Below, one piece after another: positions 26,613 through 39,900 of a stretch of DNA of 64,000 nucleotides. Source of the DNA: Takakia lepidozioides (lineage: Eukaryota > Plantae > Bryophyta); the NCBI GenBank assembly GCA_030704615.1, contig CM060732.1, forward strand, positions 19,654,001-19,718,000, read 5' to 3'. The translations under genes and the position numbers were made by a program. Within the stretch, counting starts at the first letter, position 1. Each line of letters begins with the position of its first letter. The notes under the pieces were generated by a model. The model did no database searches. It saw only the letters and a list, made by a program, of their open reading frames with translations, and was not told the DNA's origin.

Positions 26613-27341
26613 TGTCGCGGCCCTTTGCCTTGAGGGCAGGGGGGTCGGGACACATGAGGGGTTGCCCTTGTGGTGGGGGCAGCGGCAGCGATAGGTATGG
26701 GGGGCTGAAGCACCCTTGAGTGCCCAAGGCACTCAGGGAAGCGGAGGCGCTCACTAGGTGGAGCCCCGCACACCGGGTTGCGGTGGGGGTGGCTCCACAA
26801 GGGGTGGTGGTAGCTTAGCGGGACTTAGTGGGGGTGGCATAGGACTCACCATGGGGGCGGAGATCTCGTGGTGGGAGTCGTGGGGAGTCTTGGGACTCAT
26901 CACGGTCCATAGGGGCCGTGGTGAGTGGGCCAAGACTCACCGCGACTCATCACCGGGAGTCAAGGGTTTTCGTGGTGGTTCGCCATAAAATGGCATGGCT
27001 GGTTGTGAAACCCCCGCGGACAGCTACAGAAGTATATATAAGGGGAGTAGTGACCCCGAGAACGGTGCAAGCCCGTTGGTGACCAAAAACTAGTGAGTAA
27101 GCGAGCGAGCCGGAAAGCGACCAAAGAGTGGGGAGCTGTTCCGGACTGCCATCTACCAAAGGGAATTCTCCTAGTCCCAAATAGGTGGAGGGTTTAGTGG
27201 GAAGCGAAGGGGGACCGTTATGTCCCGGTGAGCAGCCAAAGCTCCAAGTTGGCCCGGGCGGCCAGGTTGGGAGTTAGGCGCGCGCATCAAAGCGAGTAAC
27301 TATGACTTGAAGGGGAGCTTACCGAAGTGAGGTGCCCGACA
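26613..27341 (+). repeat. 5' LTR
   Basis: TGTCGCG...CCCGACA; TATATATAA at ~27033; 4 substitutions relative to the 3' LTR by eye. Confidence 0.97.
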
Positions 27342-27343
27342 CT

Positions 27344-27355
27344 TGGTATCAGAGC
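27344..27355 (+). promoter_or_regulatory. Primer binding site complementary to initiator tRNA-Met
   Basis: TGGTATCAGAGC two bases after the 5' LTR. Confidence 0.95.
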
Positions 27356-27396
27356 TTAGAGTTCAGTACGCGATCGTCCTTGGGATTGGCCTCATC

Positions 27397-30300
27397 ATGG
27401 GGTCGGGCAAGCCAAAGCGAAAGCGGAACGGCCCAAAAGATGATGATCCTGGTGAGCCCGATGGGGGCGACGTGTCACCGAAGCGGCCGTTTGAGGAAGC
27501 GACGCAGGTTTCTGAAAGCGAGGCCGCTCAAGAGCGGGAGGAATCCGAGGAGTCGGAGCCCGAGGAATCCGTGAGAGCTCCGACCGACCAACAGATGCCT
27601 CCCATGCCGGCAGCCTTTTGGGAAGGGTTGTTGGCGCATTTGGCGGGACGTTGAAAGACGTGTTGAAGGCGGCTAATGCCACTTCCACTAAGGCAAAGTT
27701 TAAGGTGAAGCCTAAGGAACCCGGCACCTTTGAGGGCGTCCGAAATTGGAAGGCACTCAACACCTGGCTCCTGGAGCTAGAGCAGTACTTCCGGGCGGCC
27801 AAGTTGAGTGACGAGGATCGGGTGGAAGTGGTTCCCACCTATTTGAGGGGCTATGCTCAACAATGGTGGCAGAAACGCCTTCACGACCGAGGCCCAAGCC
27901 CGGAAACCTTGAGCTGGAGTGGGTTCAAGGAATTGATGAAGAGACAGTTTGTGCCCCTCAACGCGTCTTGGCTTGCCCGGGACAAGATGAGGAATTTGAA
28001 GCAAACAGATGACATTCGGGGGGTATGTCCAGACTTTCAATGTGCTGTTGCTCGAAGTCGCGGACATGGCAGAACCAGAAATGGTCTTCAACTTTGTGGC
28101 GGGACTGGCCCCATGGGCCAGGCGGAAGTTGGAGGAGAAGCCACCCAAGACTTTGAACGAGGCAATTGAGAGGGCTGAATGTTTCTCGGATGTCCCTAGG
28201 GGTGAGAGACAAGGCCGTACGGAGCTGAACCACAAGAAGACCCGGCGGGAAGGTGACTCCTCCCGACCGGAAAAGAAGTGGGATAGGCCACGCGGCGACA
28301 ATGGCACGTGGAAATCGAAGGGAGGGCCTTCACACGTCAAGGCGGCACCCGGTGCTTCGAAAGGAAAAGCGGGTGGAGCGGCTTATGGCGGACAGAAGGC
28401 GACCTTTGATGGAGTGTGTTTCAATTGCGGGGAGCCCGGGCACATGGCCAAGAAGTGCACAAAACCTCGACAATTGAACATGACTCGGGCAACCACGGAG
28501 CTGTCGGAAGATACCATCAGTCGCTTGGTGGAAGCGGTGGTCGCCAGGACTTGCAAGGTAGGCAACTATTCTTGTGAGTTGTATCAGGAAACTGGCGCCC
28601 TGCGTAAAGGGAGTCAGTTATTGTTCGTGGATGGGATAATATCCGGAACTAACGTGTCGTTGTTGGTGGACACAGGAGCGTCGCACTCCTTCATGACGCC
28701 GGGGCGGCGCGAAAGTTGGGACTCCCGACAAGTGACGTGGGGGCCTCTATTGAGGTGCGTTCTGCCAAAGGAGAACCACAGTTGGCGACAAGGTTGGCGT
28801 TTGATGTTCCTCTTCAACTGGGGAGTTGGGAGGGACGTGAGAACTTCACCATCTGCGAGATCGATGGAGTGGATCTCATTTTGGGGATGACCTTTTTGAG
28901 CAAATCCGGAGCGGTCATAGATGGCCGCAAGAGAGTAGTCACGCTGCCATGTGGGAATGGTGGCGAGGTTTTACGAGTGTCGGAAACGCCCAAATCCGTG
29001 GGAGGGCGAATAAACCTTCTGTCAGCAAAGAAGTGGGCCGTGGAGGAGGCACACGAGCCCCAATTTTTGCTTTACATTAGAGAAGTGAAAGGAGAAGGCG
29101 ATGGGGAGCCGAGCCCAGATTGGATCAAGGGGATTTTGGAGAAATACCAGATGTGATGCCGGAGGATTTACCAAGCGGCTTGCCACCGCGAAGAGGAGTT
29201 GACCACAAGATTGAGGTGATACCGGGATCGGAACCGCCTGCCAAGGCACCCTACCGGTTGAGCCACAGGGAGTTGGTCGAGCTGAAGACTCAGCTCAAGG
29301 ATCTAATGTCAAAGGGGTACATCCGGTCGAGTAAGTCACCTTACGGAGCCCCGGTGCTATTTGCAGACAAGAAGGATGGGACGCTGCGGATGTGTGTCGA
29401 TTACAGGGCTCTGAATAAGGTGACTATCAAAAACCGGTACCCTTTGCCAAGGATCGACGACCTCTTCGATCGGTTGGCAGGAGCGAAGTATTTCAGCCGG
29501 ATCGACTTGCGCTCCGGCTATCACCAAATTCGGGTGGCGGAAGGAGATGAGGAGAAGACCGCGTGCAGGACAAGGTATGGTTCATATGAGTTCTTGGTGA
29601 TGCCTTTTGGGCTCACCAATGCACCAGCAACATTTAGCACGCTGATGAACAGCCTTTTCCAGGAGTGGTTGGATGACTTTGTGATCGTGTACATCGACGA
29701 CATCTTGGTGTACTCGAAAACAAAGGAAGAGCACCTGGAGCACCTGAAAAGGGTGTTCCAAAAATTGCGAGAAGGGAAGCTGTATGCCAAAGCTTCAAAG
29801 TGCGAATTCGGGGTCACAAAAGTGGAGTTCCTGGGGCATGTGATTACACAGGATGGGATCAAAATGGATGACAGAAAGGTGAGGGCAATCTTGGACTGGG
29901 AGCCTCCGACTTTGGTCCCGGGAGTGCGATCCTTCCTAGGACTCGCCTCCTATTACCGGAAGTATGTGAGAAATTTCGCCAAGATTGCGGGGCCGCTGTC
30001 AGACCTTCTGTGTAAATCTAAAGTCTGGGCATGGAACACCTTTTGTGGCCAAGCTTTTGCTGAATTGAAGCAGCGGATGGCGGAAGCTCCAGTCTTGAAA
30101 ATCCCGGAGTTCGATCGTCCGTTCGAGATACACAGATGCGTCGGACTTCGCGATTGGGGGTGTACTGATGCAAGATGGACGTCCAGTGGCTTACGAAAGT
30201 AAGAAACTGAATGAAGTGGAGCGACGGTGGCCGACGCACGAGAAAGAGATGAAGGCGGTGGTGCATTGTCTTGAGCTTTGGCGCCACTATGTTGGTTCCA

Positions 30301-31952
30301 ACCCAGTGAAGGTGTTCACGGACAATGTCACGGTGAAGTATTTTGCCACGCAGCCCAAGTTGTCCCCAAAACAACTTAGGTGGCAAGATACTTTGGCGGT
30401 GTTCGACGTGGATATCCAGTACAAACCGGGACGAGACAACGTGGTGGCCGATGCTTTAAGTAGAAAGCAGCAGCTCTTGTTGGTGTACAAGGGCGAGACG
30501 GCGCTCCAAAGGAAGATCCGGAAGGCTTGCCGGAAGGATGAGCTGGAAAGTCCGTGATGCAGGACTTGAGGATGGGGGGTAAATCGCAGTTCCACTTGCA
30601 AAATGGACTGCTCCGGTATAAGCAAAAACGTCTCTACGTGCCGAAGGGAGGGATCAGAGATAGCCTCTTGAGAGAATGCCATGATAGCCCGCTTGCGGGC
30701 CACGGCGGAGCCAAGCGCACTGCGGCACTCTTGAAGAAAGAGTATTTCTGGCCCAAACTGAGGGAGGAGGCAGAGGAGTATGTCAAGACATGCACCACAT
30801 GCCAACAAAATCGGAGCGAGTACAAAAAGCAAGCGGGGCTGTTACAACCCTTGCCGATTCCAGAGGGGACTTGGGAAAGCGTCTCGATGGATTTCATGAC
30901 TGCTATGCCGCTGTCAAAAGGATTCGATGCAATCATGGTGGTGGTGGATAGGTTCAGTAAAATGGGCCATTTCATCCCCACCAAGGAGACGGCAACGGCG
31001 CAAGAGACAGGGCGACTTTACTTCGCCCACGTCTTAAAACATCATGGAGTCCCGAAGGATATTGTCTCGGACCGCGATCCAAAGTTTACGAGTAAATTTT
31101 GGAGGGCACTTTGGAAGAAGATGGGGACGAGGCTGAAGATGAGCACCGCCTTCCGACCTACGACCGACGGCCAAACAGAAAGGGTGAATTCCGTAGTGAA
31201 GCAGATCTTGCGGAATTAGTGTCGGCAGACCAAACAGACTGGGTGGAACACTTAGACGCGACAGAGTTCTGTTATAATAACACAGAACACTCCGCAACGG
31301 GAGTTTCCCCTTTCGTATTGGTCTATGGAAAAGCACCTCTGGTGCCGACAAGTTGGGCCGCCCAAGACGTTGAGGAACCGGCAGTAGCGGCGGTACTGGA
31401 AGAACGCGAGCGTTTGTTGAAGCTGCAAAGTACAATATTGCCAAAGCTAGGAAACGGTATGAAAGGCAGGCGAATCGGAAGCGGAGGGAAGTGAAGTTTG
31501 AGGCAGGCATAGAGGTCTGGTTGAACATCAAGAATTTCCGACTACCTCCGGAAGTGAGTCCGAAGTTCATACCTCCGTATGCGGGACCCTTTCGCATTCG
31601 GAAGGTTATGAATGAGGATGTGTATGAATTGGAGCTGCCGGCAAACAGCAAGGTGCACCCAGTATTCCATGTCTCCCTTTTGAAGCCTTACTTCAAAGAT
31701 GAAGCGCGTCCGAATCGGCATCAAGTGTTGCGTCCGCCACCTATGCTGTTGGATCATGAAAATGAACCTGAGTACGAGGTGGAGGCAATACTTAAGTCGA
31801 GGAGGTTCAGGAACCGATAAACGGAGTATCTCGTCAAATGGAAGGGCTATCATCATGTGGAGGCATCTTGGGTGCGTGCCTCAGAAATGGGAAACGCATC
31901 CGAGGCGGTTGCAGCTTTTGAAGGGCGACCTCAAAAGCGGAAGAAGCGTTGA
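27397..31952 (+). pseudogene. gag-pol polyprotein, disrupted in this assembly by ~8 frameshifts and one stop
   Basis: Zinc knuckle CFNCGEPGHMAKKC; protease LVDTGASHSF; RT YIDD; RNase H HEKEMKAVVHCL; integrase H..GH..C..C, SMDF, SDRDPKF, DGQTERVN, GPF; chromodomain YEVEAIL...YLVKWKGY...SW; ends PQKRKKR*. Confidence 0.93.
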
Positions 31953-32856
31953 TGGGGACATCAACCTTGGAGCGTGGGGGAGGAAATGCATGCTTAGCCC
32001 GGCTTAGCTAGCTTAGGAATCCGATTACAAAAACTTGTATGTACAAAAATTTGTTATAAAGGAAATGGGTTCCAAATGTTGTGCGTCCTATTTTGTTTGG
32101 AATGGTGATGCATGGTATGGTTGGCTAGTGTGTAGAATGCATGCTAGCTTATAAAAGTGGGAGAGGTAAATTGGGTTAATCGTGTGTTTGCGTAGTGCCG
32201 AAATCGGGTGACCCCCATCCAAGGGGCAAGGAAACTTGCGACTTCTTTGGGAGTTCACGTGCTAGTGCGCACCTGGCGCGTGCGCGTACTATAACTGCGC
32301 TACCGAGGGGGTTGCCTTGTAGTGCGGGCTAACGCGGAAGCTACGTGCTTCCGTTCACGTACTATAATCGTGTAGCCTCGAGACGAAGTCGTAGTGCGGC
32401 TTCGGCGTGTTCCCGTACCTCAGGCCAGCATTCCAAGGCGGACCCAATTGTAGTGATTGGGGCGCACGGTTGGTTCAAGGTTATCTTCCTAGTCAAAGAG
32501 GGTTCCAGGGAACCCTTGCTCAAGGTGATGCCAAAAGCGGCATCATGAGCGGTCGCAAGCAATGTTGTTGCAGTAAGGCGATTTGATCCTCGGGGAGGAT
32601 CGTTCCTTGGCCTTGAAGTAGGCCAAGAAGAGTGCACTGGGAGGAGCTGGAGAGGCTCCACCCTTGGCCGGGACTTGGAGGAAGTCGGCCGAACTAGCTA
32701 GTGGAGAGTAGAGTCAAGTGTGGGGTTTGGTTCTTTGCCATGGGACGCCATGGTACGGAAACAAACTCCTTGATGTGGGACGCCACAAATTGGATGTTCG
32801 TTTCTACAAAATGAACAAGTCGATGAGGACATCGACTCCCTGTTGGTAGGGGTGTG

Positions 32857-33585
32857 TGTCGCGGCCCTTTGCCTTGAGGGCAGGGGGGTCGGGACACATG
32901 AGAGGTTGCCCCTGTGGTGGGGGCAGCGGCAGCGATAGGTATGGGGGGCTGAAGCACCCTTGAGTGCCCAAGGCACTCAGGGAAGCGGAGGCGCTCACTA
33001 GGTGGAGCCCCGCACACCGGGTTGCGGTGGGGGTGGCTCCACAAGGGGTGGTGGTAGCTTAGCGGGACTTAGTGGGGGTGGCATAGGACTCACCATGGGG
33101 GCGGAGATCTCGTGGTGGGAGTCGTGGGGAGTCTTGGGACTCATCACGGTCCATAGGGGCCGTGGTGAGTGGGCCAAGACTCACCGCGACTCATCACCGG
33201 GAGTCAAGGGTTTTCGTGGTGGTTCGCCATAAAATGGCATGGCTGGTTGTGAAACCCCCGCGGACAGCTACAGAAGTATATATAAGGGGAGTAGTGACCC
33301 CGAGAACGGTGCAAGCCCGTTGGTGACCAAAAACTAGTGAGTAAGCGAGCGAGCCGGAAAGCGACCAAAGAGTGGGGAGCTGTTCCGGACTGCCATCTAC
33401 CAAAGGGAATTCTCCTAGTCCCAAATAGGTGGAGGGTTTAGTGGGAAGCGAAGGGGGACCGTTATGTCCCGGTGAGCAGCCAAAGCTCCAAGTTGGCCCG
33501 GGCGGCCAGGTTGGGAGTTAGGCGCGCGCATCAAAGCAAGTAACTATGACTTGAAGGGGAGCTTACCGAAGTGAGGTGCGCGACA
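32857..33585 (+). repeat. 3' LTR
   Basis: TGTCGCG...CGCGACA followed by the TSD TTCAG. Confidence 0.97.
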
Positions 33586-36369
33586 TTCAGTTCATGAAAT
33601 TCACTCAATTCCGATTCTCACCGGCGGCAGCAATTGGATTCCGTTTCGCAACAAAGATCAACCTCATCGATTGCCGCTCCACATGAAGGCCAAGCAACCA
33701 AGCTCCATATGACACATTTTCTCCACAATATTCATGTAAACAGACACTGCATCATCACAACAGGGGCCGTAAGAAGATGAAATTGCAACTGAGCAGAGTA
33801 CACAATGATCTGCGACGATTCTGTGGACATACCAATGCCATTACCCATAATACTGTCCAACTGAAACGGCCTCCACAGGTACAGTCAAGCACACCTTCAT
33901 CTTACGCGCCAAAACAACATGAGGTTTGAGGAGGAGACAGACGGATGATGATCTGCGGATGAAAAGGCAACTGAGAAAATAATGGATGGACAATCATGTG
34001 AAACCGTGCATGCACACATCCGTTGATGGGATGAACAGCGACAGAACATGAGGATTGAGGATGATAGTGTCGGATGATGGTTGGCGGATGAAAAGACAAC
34101 TGACAGAAGAATGGATGAAACTTCATGTGTAACCGTGCGGACGTTACAGACTTCATCGTTCCATGGGATGCACATCGGTGATCCAAATGGGGCATTGGAG
34201 AAAACAGTTGTTCCCGTATCTACCTTCATTGGAGTCTTTCTTTCACAAAATTCTGGACTTATGCCTCCAGACTTATGCCTCCAGACATGAGGTCACATTG
34301 TCACACGATTATATCCAGGGGCTGTACCATTTTCTTCTCACAGTTATGTTCTCAATGGTGATTTCTTATGCTTCAATTTCGCAGCAGGTCCTGCTACTGG
34401 GGAATATGTAAATTGTAACCTGGCATGGACATTTTATTCCGTGACACAGAAGCCAACCCAACCCCATGCAGAATAAGATTGTCGAAGTCTTCGCCACTCC
34501 CTATCACATACAAAATAAGAGACTACAGATATGAATTGAGTAAGACTACAACAGGTTATGGTCACAAAACCTCAATACATCTAGAATTTTAGGGTTCCTG
34601 TTCAAACTGCCATTTGCATTCACATTGGGCCATGTACAATGTTGCAAATTCATTCCGTATGGGTTACGGATATCGTGTTGGAATGGTAGCGTCATACTGT
34701 AAATCTGACATGTTGTTACACATGAATTGCACAAGACGAGGACAAGCTGGAGTCTGAAAAACCTATGTGCATCTTCAAGTTGGTTGTTTTCTTCGAACTG
34801 TGACGAACATTCACATTAGTGCTTGTAGAATGTTGAGCACAAGAGGAACGATGTATTCATTGTGTATGTGTACATAACAACATTTTACAAAGCTAGGTTC
34901 ATTCTCCAGCGACAAAGACTTTACTTAACCTCAATTGAATAAGAGGAGAAGAAGTGAAGCTAATAAATCCGACAGGGGGATCACTACACAGAACGGATGG
35001 ATGACAAACGGATGCAAATGCCATGTGTAACGGTGCAGCCGTTACACAATGCAACCCTCAATGGGATATACATAGGTGCTTTTTCTGCTGGGGGGGGAGT
35101 TCATGTTTGTCCCACCGAGACCTTGTGGAAGAGCATGTTCAAAAATTGAATATAAGCATAGGGTCATTATGTGTTTCTGTTGTTATCTTAAGGTTACCCA
35201 AGTCGTCTCCTGTATACATTGTTTTCCTGGTGTTCTTCTAAGATTGTCATAGCTCTTTGGAGTCATCTTCTCCACACACTATAGTACTGACATTTTCCGA
35301 GGAGACTACTTTATCAAGTTGAAGGTTGCAATGGATTTGGGGCGGGTGTAGCTTTCAGGCTCCGGAAGATTTATGCAGGTTTTGAAGAATTGTCAGCCCA
35401 CATTCCCCATGAGGTCATCTTGCGCCTTCTTGAAAAGGTGCAAACGGAAGAAGGGCAAGACAAAGTGTGGGTGTACAAAATCCAGGGAGGAGTCAGGACA
35501 ATGACAGTCCACATGGGCAACCTGAAGTGTTTCTACACAATGGATGAAGAGGAGCAAAGAGTTGTGGTTTTGTGCCATGTGCTGTTAGGATTCGTGGACA
35601 GGCTTGTGTTGAAGACCTGACACCACACAAGCAACCGCTATGAAGGGGAGGGTGTTGTGGATTGGGGGTACCATGTAGATATGAGAGAGGGATGGGTACA
35701 AGAGTTTCTGGAACTCATCCCAGAAAATAAGAGGGGCATAATAGTCGTAGACCCCTCTAAGGGGTTTTTTGGAGGATGAGGTCCGCAGCTATGCAGGACT
35801 GAATGGTTAGAGATTGTAAGACTCTCTTGTTTTCATTGAAAACCTGGTACTGGCTGAATTCATTGCACCAGACTCTCGCTTTGTGCCTCCCTATTTCGGG
35901 GTTTGTACATGAAAGTCGGCTTCAGACATATAGTACATGCATGTTGTAACAATTACTTCTCTCAGAGTTGGTATGAGTTGAAGACTCTTGGTTCAGGCTT
36001 TCCTTCATTCCTCTAGAAAGTCCTTCACACATGCATGAATCTGCTGAGTGTGACCTGCCCAACAATCAGACCCCAACATGGCCAGGGCTTTAGGCTCGGC
36101 CTCCAAAAAGTTTGTGAAAGTGGGTGAAAGTTGGTGAATAGAGGTGCAGAGAGAGATTATGTTTGAGATGGTACTGAGTCCGGTTATCAGCGTCACGTCC
36201 GTCCGTCGGCGTCAGGTCACGTCAGACTTGACGCTGACAGGACCTCCGTCACGTCAGGTTCGGGGAATATTCTGGTAAAAATAGTACCAAGTAAAATACT
36301 GCCACTTAAGCAGCCACGTCGCCGACACAGTGGCGGTGGCAAATACATTTTTGAAAATTATCAAAATGA

Positions 36370-36997
36370 ACGCGACCGCCAATTATGGCGGTCGCTTTGT
36401 TTTTCGAAATTTAAAAAGAAATAGCGACCGCCGTATTGGCGGTCGCTTCAATTTTTAATTTTTTAAAGCAAGATTGGTGGTCGCACTGGCGGTCGCTTTA
36501 TTTTTTGAAATAGAAATAGAAATAGCGACCGCCATATTGGCGGTCGCTTCAAATTGTTTAAAAAGAAAAACAAGATTGGCGGTCGCTTTATTTTTCGAAT
36601 TAAAAAAAGAAATAGCGACCGCTATCTTGGCAGTCGCTTCAATTTATTATTTAAAAAAAACAAGATTGGCGGTCGCATTGGCGGTCGCCTAATTTAAAAA
36701 AGAAAACAAGCGACTGCCGTATTGGCGGTCGCACAATTTTGTAAATATGTACAGAACAAGCGACCGCCATATGGCGGTCGAATAATTTAAAAAAAAAAAA
36801 AAAAAACAGCCACCACCATTGGGCCGTCGCTTAATTTAAAATATATATAGAAAAACAAACGACCGCCATATGGCGATCGGTAAATTTAAAATTATATAAA
36901 AAAAACAAGCGACATAGGAAAATAAAAGCGACCGCCACACCGGTGGTCGCTTGTTTTAAAACAATACAATATTTGCGACCACCAAACCGGCGGTCGC
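36370..36997. repeat. Array of GCGACCGCC / GGCGGTCGC inverted pairs separated by A/T tracts (CACTA subterminal-repeat-like)
   Basis: About 20 motif copies, many as gcgaccgcc-N5/6-ggcggtcgc hairpins. Confidence 0.85.
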
Positions 36998-39900
36998 GTC
37001 AATTCACATAACTTAATAGACATACTCACATGACAGACCATATGATAGTTGTCCGGGACAGAGGGTCTATCAAGGACCATATCATAGTTGTCCTTGATAG
37101 ACCTTGAGAGTTCTAAGAGCATCCCCACCCTATGCTGAATCCAACATGCCAACGGAATACAATGGTATACAGGTTCGGGGCGGGAATGTCCCATTGTCCT
37201 GAACCTTATATCCCGTAATGGGTGGGCACTGAATACTAGTCCTTAGGCATAGGAGGTTGTGCAGGTGGGGCTTGAACCTCAAGCCTTGGAGTTGGCGCAA
37301 CATGAGTAGTGGCCATATTTTGGGGTCCCAAGTAAGGATCTCATTTCAAATGTTTGTTGCATGGGTGGACTGTTAGGGTCTCTTCTCTTAGTGGTCTACT
37401 TCTGTAGTTTATTTCATGGATCTTTTAACAAACCTCTCGATGGGTTTGCAAACATGAGTCTCATTTTAGAGGTCTTCTGGGGGACTCACGTTTAGGTCTT
37501 TTGGGGTCTGCTTTCAAGTTTCCTCCTTTGATCTCTAACATGGGGCTCCCTCCTTCGTCTTCTCTATGGTTTGTTAGTTCTTCTAAAGGGGTCTCATATT
37601 AGAATGTCCTGGCCTTTGGAAATGTGTCACTTGAACAAATAAAGATATTCATTGACCAAACATGCACATATGCTTGTGAAAGCTCCAGTAACCACACTGC
37701 ACAATAATATAGAGAAAATAACAAAAACATATGCAAATGATGGTTGTAGATTGAAATGAACGACTTGCATGTTGATAAGAAAACTCCAATACTACTCCCC
37801 TTCTTTTCTGAGAATAAAACTATATTACTCCTCTTCTCTTCAAGATTCTTCATAATAACAGTTTGTAATGCGGGTGAAGCGATGTGCTTCAACCACGGCC
37901 TTCAACAATCCATCATCAACAACTATGAGGAAATGAACAACCGACGGTGACAAAAAAACAAAAAAGTCAAGAAGAAAATCCTGAATGGATGTGTATGTAT
38001 GTAATGCCCTCAAATTTGAACGGCTTGGATGCGCGAGATTTCTAATGAAAAGAGAGACCAACATGTCCACGTGGGCAGGAGAGCACAACATACCAAGGGG
38101 AGGAGGAAACCCTACCGCGGATGATATGCCTTGGAAAAGACCCCACAATGGGCACCCACGACCATCAGCAGGGAGGGTAGACCCTCCATAAGTGGGCCCT
38201 GCCACCGGAATGAGAGCAGTCCCTATTTCATATTTGTTTTTGGCTTTTTGCTCATAGATTTAAAATAAATAGGATTGGGACAAGTTTGGGAAGTTCAAAT
38301 TTAATTTTCTTTGGCACAAAGTTTTATGTTTTTCTTTCTCCATTTTCGAAGTTGACAACAAAGTGAATAGTATGTACATGTCTGTTTCAAACAATAACGA
38401 TTAATAGACAAGATTAAAGTTTTTGTTCTATGATAATATATAAAGAAAAATAAAGAAAACAACTTCGAAGCAAATGTGACAACTTATAGTCTCATTTCAC
38501 CCCCAAGGGCTCTACTGTATCTTCCCTATGGAAGGTGCAACCGCGATGCCCAAACCCACAGTGCTCGAAAACATCATATGGCTGGTTTTACCCAACAACT
38601 ATTTGTAAGGCCCTAACCTTTGGGCCAACTGATGAGTGTTAATTATATATGGATATAAATACACAGATATCTGTTGGATGTCTTATCAGATACCTCATTG
38701 CTCACAGCTTAGCACACCCTCTTAATCAAGAGGGAATTGTTCATAGGGACCATCAATGGATTTGCATCCTTCCAAAGTGATGAATGAAGTCCCGATGATG
38801 GGTTATTGCACAAAAACAAGCAAGAAAGAAAAACCCTAATAGCGTGAAAGCAAAAGGAGTGGCAAGGTAAAGAAACTGGGTGAACTACATAGCAAAATAA
38901 TCAAAACTAAACCCGGGCCATACTAATGCAATAATGGGTGCCTACATGCTAGACTCGTGGGTGTCCCCCTTCCACAAAGGCCTGCACTACTTGTCTAGAT
39001 TTCCAAGACATTCTGATTCTCCTAATAGATCGTGCTAGCGAAATCTGATGTATATATATATGCAAACCTCACTATCTGAGTAGGTCTATGATGGGATTGA
39101 TGTTGGTTTTCCAATTGATAATTTGTCAATCTGGTCTCAATTGTCAGATACACCAGTTTGGCACCTTCATGATCCCAAAAAGTATATGTGACCCTCCTTG
39201 GATGGAGCTTGTCAACTCCGGAGTCAACTCCGACCGCTTTTCACACAGTTGTTGTTGTGGTTGCGCCACTACAATAGAAAACAAATTGTAGGTAACCGAC
39301 ACAAGGAGGGTGGTGTGCGGCATTTTCCGGTCTGCCGCCACATGGACACCCATAAACCACCCCCCATCCTCACACTCAACAATCTAGTCATTACAACCAT
39401 GCACAATAGCTGTACTCCGTGAGCAATCCGCACCACAAAGCGCGTTTTTTGGTCACTAGGATTTCCTGTCACTCTTGTTTGTGTGTGAGGAGAGAATATT
39501 GATGCAAGAGATGGGTGAGACTCAAACAACATGGTAGGGAATTTGATGCAGTCGGAGAAAATCTGCAACTGTCGGATCCTCCACAGTCATGTGTTTCATG
39601 AATAATTTGCACGGGCGATTCGCACTTTATATCTCAGTTTTTGAGATTCACAGCAATAATAGACTCTTGTGTTTTGTTTCTTGGGGTCGCTCTTAAGTTA
39701 ATAAGTACCCTACCTTGAGCCCCCAACTTCCAAAACTAGCAATGGGTTACTAGTATTGCAAAAACACATAATTAATCATATCTCATTTTTCACAAACTCC
39801 AAAACATGTTTCACAATGGAAGCTCTGGTAGCTGATGTGGCGGTTGGGAACCAACTGTACAGTCACACATGGCGGTTCCTTGCTGCAGTGCTTCACATCA

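Larger units (their letters stand above)
26613..33585 (+). mobile_element. Full-length Ty3/gypsy chromovirus LTR retrotransposon (Galadriel-like)
   Basis: TG...CA LTRs of 729 bp, 5-bp TSD TTCAG (26608-12, 33586-90), tRNA-iMet PBS, domain order gag-PR-RT-RH-IN-chromodomain. Confidence 0.97.
25362..35616 (-). pseudogene. Degenerate multi-exon CACTA (En/Spm) TnpA-like gene interrupted by the LTR retrotransposon
   Basis: Last exon HYRVIPEGLWRVEVNDIYIANCVLPHPNEEEVPPQTMLEDVVGLNCLWPEK (25362-25570) resembles the TNP1/Transposase_23-type C-terminal domain. One minus frame reads across the insertion point (33.9 kb to 26.3 kb) with several TGA stops. The 5' limit is uncertain. Confidence 0.55.

Noticed and set aside
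34982-34993. CACTACACAGAA as a CACTA left terminus
   Set aside because: No matching right end with a 3-bp TSD was found.
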